64,000 nt of DNA, from contig JABWCP010000004.1 of NCBI GenBank assembly GCA_013360215.1, positions 62,001-126,000 on the forward strand, in the 5' to 3' direction. The translations under genes and the position numbers were made by a program. The stretch's first letter is position 1; every line of letters starts with the position of its first letter. The notes beneath the pieces were generated by a model. The model was not told where the DNA came from. It made no database searches and worked only from the letters and a program-made list of their open reading frames with translations. Shown one piece after another: positions 42,824 to 51,186 of the stretch. The DNA is from a bacterium. GTDB lineage: Bacteria; CLD3; SB21.

Positions 42824-43260
42824 AATTCGCGTCGAATACTAATTTGCCTTTCTTGTTCATTTCTCTTTTCAAAATAGACTCGCCACGATGATTGAGGTAG
42901 TTTTTTTTCAACACGTTCAGACCATTCAGCAATTACTACATAATCTTCTTGATCCATCATTTCCTCTATGCCCAATTCGGCTATATCTTTTTCTGTATTT
43001 ATGCGATAAAAATCACAGTGTCTTATGATAAGAGTTTTTCCGTTTTTATACCCTTCGTATTCGTTTACTATTACAAATGTCGGGCTATGCACGGGCTCCT
43101 GAACACCTAAACCTTTACATAGACCTTTCGCAAATATCGTTTTCCCGCTGCCAAGGTAACCGAAAAGTGCTATAATATCGCCGGGTTTTATTTTTTCGGC
43201 AAAATCTTCAGCATAATCAAAAGTTTCTTTTTCTGAATGCGATATATAATCGGATATCAT
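42820..43260 (-). CDS. tsaE: tRNA t6A modification ATPase TsaE
   Basis: GYLGSGKT, SPTF, HCDFYR, EW. Confidence 0.93.
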   Translation of the reverse strand: MISDYISHSEKETFDYAEDFAEKIKPGDIIALFGYLGSGKTIFAKGLCKGLGVQEPVHSPTFVIVNEYEGYKNGKTLIIRHCDFYRINTEKDIAELGIEEMMDQEDYVVIAEWSERVEKKLPQSSWRVYFEKRNEQERQISIRREL

Positions 43261-43985
43261 TGCAATTCGGATGCGGCTTCTTTATCAAGATACCAATAGA
43301 GTTCACCGGCGGGTCTTACCATTTGAGCCGGCAGTATATCTTCTGTAGTCCCTTGAAGTACTTGTTTAATAATAGATGATTTTGATTTACCCGAAACAAG
43401 AAACAAAACATTCGAAGCATGATTGATGGTAGGAAATGTAAAAGTTACTCTATGTCGCCCTAATTTTTTTACAAAATTATCCATTACAAGAAACTTTGTT
43501 TCGGTAATTCCATCCGTTCCTGGAAAAAGCGACGCGGTATGACCGTCTTCTCCAAGGCCAAGAAGTATCAGATCAAATTTTGGAAAACCTCCATCCGACA
43601 GCCCAAAAAAATCTTTAATGTCATCTTCAGCTTGCTGTGCGGCTAACATGCAGTCTTCTTCTGTACCAATACGATGAATATTGGCATCAGGAAACCCTAT
43701 TGGGTCCATCAATGCATTTTTTGCCATTCCAAAGTTGCTATCGGGATGTGTAGAAATAACATCGCGCTCGTCACCCCAAAAGAGATGTACTTTTTTCCAA
43801 TCTATAGATTCCTTGTGTTTTTTTGCCAAAACTTCATAAACCATTTTGGGTGTTTTGCCACCAGCTAAAGACCATGAAAAATGTCCATGCATGGATATGG
43901 CTTGATGACCTATGGATATTATTTTTTCAGCCGTTTTTTCTGCCAATTCATCCGCAGAAGTAAAAACCGTAGTGTGTGTTTTCAT
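43257..43985 (-). CDS. pgl: 6-phosphogluconolactonase
   Basis: LAGGKTP, WGDER, SNF, LGLGEDGHTASLFP. Confidence 0.94.
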   Translation of the reverse strand: MKTHTTVFTSADELAEKTAEKIISIGHQAISMHGHFSWSLAGGKTPKMVYEVLAKKHKESIDWKKVHLFWGDERDVISTHPDSNFGMAKNALMDPIGFPDANIHRIGTEEDCMLAAQQAEDDIKDFFGLSDGGFPKFDLILLGLGEDGHTASLFPGTDGITETKFLVMDNFVKKLGRHRVTFTFPTINHASNVLFLVSGKSKSSIIKQVLQGTTEDILPAQMVRPAGELYWYLDKEAASELQ

Positions 43986-44098
43986 AGTTTTGATCGGTTA
44001 GTGTTTTAGGCAGACGTATTTAGGCAAGAATTGTGTTGAGTATCGTTTGGAACATTTTAAATTTGAAAAAAAGAATATACAAAACAAAGGACAATTTT

Positions 44099-45277
44099 GT
44101 GAAAGAAGTTTTTATTCTTAGTGCTGTCCGAACTCCTATTGGAAAATACGGCGGTGTGTTTTCTTCTATCAAAGCAAAAGAACTTGGAATAATCGCCGCA
44201 GCAGAATCAATAAAGAAAGCAGGATTAACTCAAGACTCTGTAGATGAAGCTATATTTGGATGCGCGCGACAAGCCGGTATCGGACCCAACATCTCAAGAC
44301 AAATTGCTGTCGGTGTTGGTATTCCATCACAAAAGACTGCATATACGATTAATAAAGCTTGTGGCTCAGGGCTCAAATCCGTTATCAACGCCTATACCTC
44401 CATAGTTCTCGGTGACAACGATGTCGTACTTGCCGGAGGTGTAGAGAGCATGAGTAATATTCCATATTTACTTACCCAAGCACGTTGGGGATATCGTATG
44501 GGTAATAGTGAAATTTTGGATGCTAATCATACGGATGGATATTTTTGTCCGATGGCTGACAAACTCATGGGCGCTACAGTCGAAGACCTGGCTCTAAAAT
44601 ATAATATTACTCGCGATGAACAGGATGTTTTTGCATTACAATCCCAATTGAAAGCAGAGAGTGCTATCAAAACCGGTAAATTTAATAATGAAATCATTCC
44701 TGTAAAAGTGGCTACCAAAAAAGGTGATCAGATCATAACGACAGATGAGCATCCACGGATTGGCGCCACTATTGAAGATTTCAAAAAATTAAAACCGGTT
44801 TTTAAAAAAGATGGTACGATCACCGCCGGCTCTTCATCCGGAGTTACGGATGGCGCATCAGCCTTGATAATAGCTGGAAAAGAATTTGTACAAAATAATA
44901 ATCTGAAACCCCTTGCTCGTATTATCGGTTATGCATCAGCAGGCGTTAATCCTTCTGAAATGGGTATTGCGCCGGTACCCGCTGTACAAAAACTTCTAAA
45001 AAAAACAAACTTACGGCTTCAAGATATAGACCTAATTGAACTCAACGAAGCTTTTGCTGCTCAAGCGATTGCTTGTGATCGTGAATTACATTTTGAAAAA
45101 GATAAAGTGAATGTACATGGAGGGGCCATTGCTTTGGGGCACCCGACGGGTTGTACGGGAGCTCGTATTACAACAACACTAGTTCATTCGCTTCATGATC
45201 GTAAAGCAAAATTGGGAATTGCGACCTTATGTATTAGCGGAGGCTTAGGGTTAGCGTTATTGATTGAAAAGGTATAA
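44099..45277 (+). CDS. Acetyl-CoA C-acetyltransferase (thiolase)
   Basis: GTG start KEVFILSAVRTPIG; NKACGSG, NEAFA, GHPTG, CISGG. Confidence 0.94.
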   Translation: MKEVFILSAVRTPIGKYGGVFSSIKAKELGIIAAAESIKKAGLTQDSVDEAIFGCARQAGIGPNISRQIAVGVGIPSQKTAYTINKACGSGLKSVINAYTSIVLGDNDVVLAGGVESMSNIPYLLTQARWGYRMGNSEILDANHTDGYFCPMADKLMGATVEDLALKYNITRDEQDVFALQSQLKAESAIKTGKFNNEIIPVKVATKKGDQIITTDEHPRIGATIEDFKKLKPVFKKDGTITAGSSSGVTDGASALIIAGKEFVQNNNLKPLARIIGYASAGVNPSEMGIAPVPAVQKLLKKTNLRLQDIDLIELNEAFAAQAIACDRELHFEKDKVNVHGGAIALGHPTGCTGARITTTLVHSLHDRKAKLGIATLCISGGLGLALLIEKV

Positions 45278-45312
45278 AAAATAGGGGCTTGAGTGAAGGA
45301 TCCCAAGCCCCT
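45278..45312 (-). terminator. Intrinsic terminator of dnaA
   Basis: AGGGGCTTG...CAAGCCCCT stem followed by a T-run on the minus strand. Confidence 0.75.
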
Positions 45313-45346
45313 GATCGTCTATGTGAAGGTGAAAGGAGGAGTTTTA

Positions 45347-46768
45347 TTAAAACGCCGCCAGTTCAATTTTTCTTTTTATGATCTCAACGTCTTCTTTTAT
45401 TTTTGTGTTTGATTTCATCCATTCTTCTACCATTTTGCAAGCGTATATCACGGTGCTGTGATCCCTCCCTCCAAAATGGATTCCTATAGTTTTTAAAGAA
45501 CTTCCCAAGATTTCTTTTACCAAATACATACATATTTGGCGAACTTCAGCTATTTCCTTTTTTCTTCCCTTCGTAAGCATTTGATCTACGGGAATCGAAT
45601 AATAATCCGATACGATCTTCTGAATGGTTTCGATGGATAAATTTTTTCTTTTGCTGGCTATAGTATCTTTAAGCACAGCCTTAGCAACATCAAGATTAAG
45701 CTCCGTATTGGTTATCGAGGCATAAGCAAGTAATCTGATCAAAGAACCTTCGAGCTCGCGGATATTTGATGTAATATTCATTGCGACAAACTCGCATACA
45801 TCCGGAGGTAAATATACGCCGTCTTCTTCGCTGCGTTTTTGGAGAATAGCAATACGAGTTTCAAGATCCGGCGGCTGAATATCCGTTACCAGTCCCATTT
45901 GAAATCGAGAAATCAAACGTTCTTCAACTTGTTTCAATTCTTTGGGCGGACGATCCGATGTTAGAATAATTTGTTTACCAAGTTGGTGAAGCGTATTAAA
46001 TGTATGAAAAAATTCTTCCTGGATTTTTCCTTTATCGGCGAAGAATTGTATATCATCCACCATGAGCAGATCAAAGCTACGGTATAAACGACTAAACTCT
46101 AAAACATCATTTTTTCGAATCGCTGCAACAAAATCATTCGTAAAAGTCTCACTCGTCACATAACATATTTTTTTTTCAGGAAAGTTTCTTTTTACCTGAT
46201 TACCTATGGCTTGTATAAGATGCGTTTTTCCCAGACCGGCACCACCATAAATAACGAGTGGATTAAATGACGTTTTACCTGGTTTTTCAGAAACAGCTAA
46301 AGCGGCTGCTTTTGCAAATTTGTTTCCATTTCCTTCGATATAGTTATCAAAAGTATATCGTATGTTTATGAAGCTGTCATAAACGACTTGAGTTGTTTCT
46401 TTTGGTTTATTTACAGAAGCTTGAAGAACGAGTGGTGTGGATGGTGTAGAAACTGTTTGGATCGGCTCTGTAATTTCTTTTACGATGTATGTTACGCCGA
46501 TTGAACGACCACAAACTTCGCGTAATGTATTCAAAATCAAATCGTTATAACGGCTTTCTAACCATTCGACAAAAAATTGATTAGGTATAAATGCAACAAA
46601 CTTCTCATTTTCTATAATATGAGGTTCTATTGGATTAATCCACGTTCTAAAGGAAGGACCGGGTATTTGTGATTTGATTAAATCACAACAGCGATTCCAT
46701 ACTGATTTGGCATCAAGTCCGACGATCGCTGACATATTACCCGATTCTGTTGTAGTAGGCTCAACCAT
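45347..46768 (-). CDS. dnaA: Chromosomal replication initiator DnaA
   Basis: YTFDNY, FNPLVIYGGAGLGKTHL, DDIQF, QEEFFHTFN, NIRELEG, FGGRDHSTV. Confidence 0.98.
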   Translation of the reverse strand: MVEPTTTESGNMSAIVGLDAKSVWNRCCDLIKSQIPGPSFRTWINPIEPHIIENEKFVAFIPNQFFVEWLESRYNDLILNTLREVCGRSIGVTYIVKEITEPIQTVSTPSTPLVLQASVNKPKETTQVVYDSFINIRYTFDNYIEGNGNKFAKAAALAVSEKPGKTSFNPLVIYGGAGLGKTHLIQAIGNQVKRNFPEKKICYVTSETFTNDFVAAIRKNDVLEFSRLYRSFDLLMVDDIQFFADKGKIQEEFFHTFNTLHQLGKQIILTSDRPPKELKQVEERLISRFQMGLVTDIQPPDLETRIAILQKRSEEDGVYLPPDVCEFVAMNITSNIRELEGSLIRLLAYASITNTELNLDVAKAVLKDTIASKRKNLSIETIQKIVSDYYSIPVDQMLTKGRKKEIAEVRQICMYLVKEILGSSLKTIGIHFGGRDHSTVIYACKMVEEWMKSNTKIKEDVEIIKRKIELAAF

Positions 46769-46991
46769 GACTTAAAAACAAGTTATTAACAATATAAACA
46801 CAAAACAAAAAAAACAACACAGGTTAACAAAACAAATTAAGATCAAAGAAAAAAACAATCAAGTTAATTATTTACAGTAGTTTGAATAAAAAAAGTAAGA
46901 AAAACGAGGGGGTAATTAGTAAATAACCTAAAACAACAACAACATATAAACAAATTATCAACACAAAACAAATACGATGAAACACGACTAC

Positions 46992-47019
46992 AATTTATCA
47001 AAGACAAGGTCTTTGTCAA
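46992..47019 (-). promoter_or_regulatory. Putative dnaA sigma70 promoter
   Basis: Minus strand TTGACA-16 nt-TAAATT with TGn extended -10. Confidence 0.6.
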
Positions 47020-47214
47020 GTGCTTTGTCAAAGCATAGTATATGTGAATAGTTATCTTTTTGTTATTTTGGTGTTTATTTCTAAAACTTTTTTTAACTTT
47101 TTTTTCTTGACAGATATGCCATCAACAACAGAATTTTATAAAACTAATAGATTCAAATATTAGCGTGGATTAAACATGAAAACAGTTTATTTGTTAAAAA
47201 CGCTACTTTTAAGC

Positions 47215-47243
47215 TTGACTTTCCACACCTTATGTTATATATT
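47215..47243 (+). promoter_or_regulatory. Putative rpmH sigma70 promoter
   Basis: TTGACT-17 nt-TATATT. Confidence 0.7.
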
Positions 47244-47363
47244 CCCCACCCATTTGTATGTATACGTGTATTAGATTGCTACTTAAATGTGATATACTTA
47301 TACATTGCGGTTATTGGAAATGCGAAAATATTGTTTAACAAATAAATAATTTGCGAGGATCAC

Positions 47364-47507
47364 GTGAAACGTACCTATCAACCCAGCAAGCGTAAACGTA
47401 AAAATAAACACGGATTTCGCTCGCGTATGAAAACAAAAGGCGGAAAAAATGTTTTGGCATCTCGCCGAGCCAAAGGTCGTAAAAAACTTTCAGTAAGCGA
47501 CGAATAA
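47364..47507 (+). CDS. rpmH: 50S ribosomal protein L34 (below the ORF-track length cut-off)
   Basis: Manual translation from [56 protein letters not shown] upstream. Confidence 0.97.
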   Translation: MKRTYQPSKRKRKNKHGFRSRMKTKGGKNVLASRRAKGRKKLSVSDE

Positions 47508-47529
47508 TTTTTTTTGAAATTAAGATTTT

Positions 47530-47564
47530 ATAAGGCTTCTTTCAAAACACGAGAGAAGCCTTAT
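47530..47564 (+). terminator. Hairpin between rpmH and yidD (terminator or stabiliser)
   Basis: ATAAGGCTTCT...AGAAGCCTTAT 11-bp inverted repeat followed by TTATT. Confidence 0.6.
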
Positions 47565-47576
47565 TTATTCTATGGT

Positions 47577-47837
47577 ATGACAATGCTCCGACGTTCTGTA
47601 CTTTATTTTTTTGTCAGCCTCATCCGTATTTATCAACATACGCTTTCTGTTTATTTTCCGTCCTCTTGTCGTTTTTATCCTTCATGTTCTCAATATAGCA
47701 TCGAATCACTAAAATCTCACGGTTTGTTCAAAGGGCTTTGGTTGACGATCCGACGCATATCTAAATGCCACCCATTTCATGAAGGTGGATATGATCCCGT
47801 GCCACAAAATCAAAACACTAATAATAATTGCTGCTGA
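47577..47837 (+). CDS. yidD: Membrane protein insertion efficiency factor YidD
   Basis: [32 protein letters not shown]. Confidence 0.94.
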   Translation: MTMLRRSVLYFFVSLIRIYQHTLSVYFPSSCRFYPSCSQYSIESLKSHGLFKGLWLTIRRISKCHPFHEGGYDPVPQNQNTNNNCC

Positions 47838-47858
47838 TATTTTCTGGAGACAAACTCA

Positions 47859-49583
47859 ATGGATAGACGTACGATTTTCGGGCTTTTTATGATTGCTCTT
47901 ATCATAATATTGTATCCTTTTTACATGCAGGTTGTCGCACCACCTGTAGATCCCTCTGTTAAAACCACATCAGCTGTTGATAGTTCCTCAACTCCAACTC
48001 ATCATGATACTGTTCTACAATCTAAGACTAACATTTCAAGAGAAAGCGTTCAACCTAAAACGGTTAGCTTGACAAATGATACAATAAAACAATCTGAAAA
48101 AATTATTCGAATTAATTCAGAAATATATTCAGCTGAAATATCAAATTTCGGTGGCGGATCCATTAAAAGCTGGAAAATACTTCCTTACAAAACTCATGAT
48201 GGACAACCTGTAGATTTTATTGAGTCCTCAAAAAACTTAAATCTGAATTTTGTTTTTCAGGGAAAAAATTTTAATACGTGGAATATACCATACTCCATAA
48301 CTAATACGGATTCAGTTATTGACTTAAAAACCACACAAAAAAAATCTTTAACGTTTGTTTATCATTTTGACTCCGAAAGACAGATCATTCAAAATCTAAC
48401 TTTTTATAATAATAGATATGATGTTGATATAGAAGTTCAGTTTAAAAATTTTGGCGATGATATAACTAATGGTGAATACCAGATACAATGGTTGTCAGCG
48501 CTCAAGAGCACAGAACTTGATCTCAACGGTGATCTGAGTCATACCATATCTTATGCTTATATGGGTGATGAAAAAGAAGAGTTTGATATTGGAACCGACC
48601 CCTCAAAAGAAACTTCCTGGTCCGGAGTTACGAAATGGGTTGCTTCTCGAACAAAATACTTTGCAGTATATATTATTCCACAAGAAAAAGATGGGATTGG
48701 CTGCAAGCTAACTAGCACAACAATTCACGAAAACGGTTTGCTTACAAAAAAATCAAATTTCATGAATATTCAAATGAAGTTTGAACCCAACGTTGTTGAT
48801 CGTTATAAATTTTATATTGGTCCGATGGATTATCATATTTTAAAAGAATATGATGATAATGTAGTTGTCACGATGGAATGGGGTTGGGCCGTATTTAGAC
48901 CACTTACGAAAGCTATTTTTTATACATTCAACTTTCTTTATGATATAATCCCAAATTATGGATGGGTTATCATAGTTTTTACTCTTTTAGTCAGAATAGT
49001 TCTTTATCCTTTGACTTATAAGACTTTCGTAGGCATGCAAAAAATGAAAGTTGTTATGCCACGACAAAAAGAGATTCAAAAGAAATACAAAGACAATCCT
49101 TCCAAAATGCAACAAGAGATGATGAAGCTTTATAAAGAAGCCGGCTACAATCCTCTTTCAGGTTGCCTACCCATGTTAATACAAATGCCTTTATTGTTTC
49201 CTATTTATCAAGTTTTTAACCAAAGCATAGAGTTGCGTTTGGCTCCTTTTTTTGGATGGATAACCGATTTATCAAGGCCGGATACGATAGCTATTTTACA
49301 TACAGGCCTGCCTTTTATAGGCGATTTTCATGTAAATCCTCTTCCTATCATCATGACTTTACTTACATTTTTACAACAAAAAATAGCTCCGATGACACCG
49401 ATGGGAGACGACTCCGATCCGGCTCAACGTTTTAATCAAAAATTCCTTCTATACGGTATGCCGATTATGTTCTTTTTCTTGTTTAACGGATTTGCTTCCG
49501 GGTTAGTTTTATACTGGACAGTATTCAACGTATTGACGATGGCACAACAAGTTATGATGCAAAAATTTGTTGAAGTAAAATAA
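47859..49583 (+). CDS. yidC: Membrane protein insertase YidC
   Basis: N-terminal TM plus periplasmic domain; PNYGWVII, GCLPMLIQMP, WITDLS, GLVLYW. Confidence 0.96.
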   Translation: MDRRTIFGLFMIALIIILYPFYMQVVAPPVDPSVKTTSAVDSSSTPTHHDTVLQSKTNISRESVQPKTVSLTNDTIKQSEKIIRINSEIYSAEISNFGGGSIKSWKILPYKTHDGQPVDFIESSKNLNLNFVFQGKNFNTWNIPYSITNTDSVIDLKTTQKKSLTFVYHFDSERQIIQNLTFYNNRYDVDIEVQFKNFGDDITNGEYQIQWLSALKSTELDLNGDLSHTISYAYMGDEKEEFDIGTDPSKETSWSGVTKWVASRTKYFAVYIIPQEKDGIGCKLTSTTIHENGLLTKKSNFMNIQMKFEPNVVDRYKFYIGPMDYHILKEYDDNVVVTMEWGWAVFRPLTKAIFYTFNFLYDIIPNYGWVIIVFTLLVRIVLYPLTYKTFVGMQKMKVVMPRQKEIQKKYKDNPSKMQQEMMKLYKEAGYNPLSGCLPMLIQMPLLFPIYQVFNQSIELRLAPFFGWITDLSRPDTIAILHTGLPFIGDFHVNPLPIIMTLLTFLQQKIAPMTPMGDDSDPAQRFNQKFLLYGMPIMFFFLFNGFASGLVLYWTVFNVLTMAQQVMMQKFVEVK

Positions 49584-49597
49584 AAGAATCTAATTTT

Positions 49598-49638
49598 AAA
49601 GTCACTCGGATAACTATAGGTTTGAAGAGTGACTTTTT
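49598..49638 (+). terminator. Terminator-like hairpin after yidC
   Basis: AAAGTCACTC...GAGTGACTTTTT. Confidence 0.6.
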
Positions 49639-49656
49639 ATTTTATTATTTCCAAAA

Positions 49657-51033
49657 ATGAATTTTGACGAAACGATTGCCGCTATAAGTACCCCTATTGG
49701 AACAGGAGGGGTTTGTATGATACGCGTTTGCGGTAAAGAAGCCCTTAATTTAGCCGATCAAATTTTTTTAGGTCATTCAAAACCAAGCCAGCATATTAGC
49801 CACACTCTTCATAACGGTTATATTATTGAACCCTTAACAAAAGAAAAAATTGATCATGTCTTGATCGGGATTATGCGCGGTAAACAAACGTATACAGGTC
49901 TTGATACGATAGAAATATACGGTCACGGTGGAATATTAAACGCTAAAAGGATTTTAGATGTCTGTATCAAGTATGGTGCCCGTCATGCTGAACCTGGAGA
50001 GTTTACTAAAATTGCCTTTCTTAATGGAAAAATGGATTTATCCCAAGTCGAGGCTGTGGCCGATCTTATTCACGCCAAAACAGAAAGCGCTAGACGTTCA
50101 TCCATGGCACAATTCATGGGAAACCTATCTCATGAGATCGATGAATTAAAAAGCCAACTTATTAAGCTTTGTTCACTTCTCGAGTTAGATCTTGATTTCG
50201 GAGAAGAAAACCTGATCAGTATTACCAAAGAATCCATTGATGCTCAAATAACCAATGTACAACTACAAATAGAAAAACTCTTATCCACCTACAATACAGG
50301 TCACCTTATAAGGGAAGGTGCAAAAATATCAATCATAGGAAAGCCGAATGTTGGGAAGTCAAGCCTTTTGAACGCAATGCTAAAGCGAAATAGGGCTATA
50401 GTAAGCGACATACCGGGAACTACGAGAGATTTTATTGAAGAAAGCTTAGATATACAGGGAATGCCTTTTATATTTGTTGATACGGCTGGTATACGTCAAT
50501 CAAAAGACGTAATAGAAAATCAAGGTATCCAATCATCAATGGAGATAGCGAAAAACAGCGACTTGATATTAGCCATTTTCGATGGATCGGAAGATTTAAA
50601 CGAAGAAGATATTAATATTTTAAAAATGGTTGAAGATCTAATATCGAAACAAAAGCACGTAAAAGCCTTATTTATAGCCAATAAATGCGACAAAGAAAAC
50701 TATAACCCACAAAGAACTAAAAACGATTTTATAGAGATTTCGGCAAAAAATGATATAGGGATTGATAAACTAAAAAGAAGTATTGGTGATTTATTTCTTA
50801 ACAATTTCTCTATTGAATCACCAATGATAACTAGGTTGCGCCACAAAAACTCTTTAGAAAACAGCTTAGTATCATTAAATAACGCAAAAATTAGCCTTCA
50901 TAATAAGATGTCTTATGAGTTCATTTCTCTAGATATTAAAAACGCTATTCGACACCTTGGAGAGATAATTGGTGAAGTTACTGGGGACGATGTTTTAAAC
51001 AACATTTTTTCAAATTTTTGCATTGGAAAGTGA
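49657..51033 (+). CDS. mnmE: tRNA modification GTPase MnmE
   Basis: TIAAISTP, AEPGEFT, GKPNVGKSSL, IPGTTRD, DTAG, C-terminal FCIGK. Confidence 0.97.
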   Translation: MNFDETIAAISTPIGTGGVCMIRVCGKEALNLADQIFLGHSKPSQHISHTLHNGYIIEPLTKEKIDHVLIGIMRGKQTYTGLDTIEIYGHGGILNAKRILDVCIKYGARHAEPGEFTKIAFLNGKMDLSQVEAVADLIHAKTESARRSSMAQFMGNLSHEIDELKSQLIKLCSLLELDLDFGEENLISITKESIDAQITNVQLQIEKLLSTYNTGHLIREGAKISIIGKPNVGKSSLLNAMLKRNRAIVSDIPGTTRDFIEESLDIQGMPFIFVDTAGIRQSKDVIENQGIQSSMEIAKNSDLILAIFDGSEDLNEEDINILKMVEDLISKQKHVKALFIANKCDKENYNPQRTKNDFIEISAKNDIGIDKLKRSIGDLFLNNFSIESPMITRLRHKNSLENSLVSLNNAKISLHNKMSYEFISLDIKNAIRHLGEIIGEVTGDDVLNNIFSNFCIGK

Positions 51034-51100
51034 AATAATTCGTGCTCCTAAAAAACAGAACATTGATTTAAATAAAACATATTTATAATAAACCGGAGCA

Positions 51101-51116
51101 TGTTTCACGTGAAACA
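51101..51116. other. parS centromere-like site 1
   Basis: Perfect palindrome TGTTTCACGTGAAACA (consensus chromosomal parS). Confidence 0.93.
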
Positions 51117-51159
51117 AAAAGTAAAAAAACCGACGTTTCATAAGTTTTAACCATAAAAC

Positions 51160-51175
51160 TGTTTCACGTGAAACA
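51160..51175. other. parS centromere-like site 2
   Basis: Perfect palindrome TGTTTCACGTGAAACA. Confidence 0.93.
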
Positions 51176-51186
51176 ATAAAAAGCAA

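Larger units (their letters stand above)
46769..47363. promoter_or_regulatory. dnaA-rpmH divergent control region with DnaA-box-like 9-mers
   Basis: AT-rich; TTATTAACA 46783, TTATCAACA 46955, ATATAAACA 46792 and 46944, CTTTCCACA 47219. Confidence 0.7.

Noticed and set aside
46932-46944. AACAACAACAACA run as DnaA-trios
   Set aside because: Neither strand gives the TAG/CTA-type repeat; part of the general A/C bias of the dnaA leader
47356-47371. parS-like AGGATCACGTGAAACG over the rpmH start
   Set aside because: 12/16 match, explained by the SD and GTG-AAA-CG codons of L34; left half is not palindromic
47514-47576. N-terminal extension of the yidD ORF as an rnpA remnant
   Set aside because: Only 21 codons, no RNR motif, and it overlaps a hairpin
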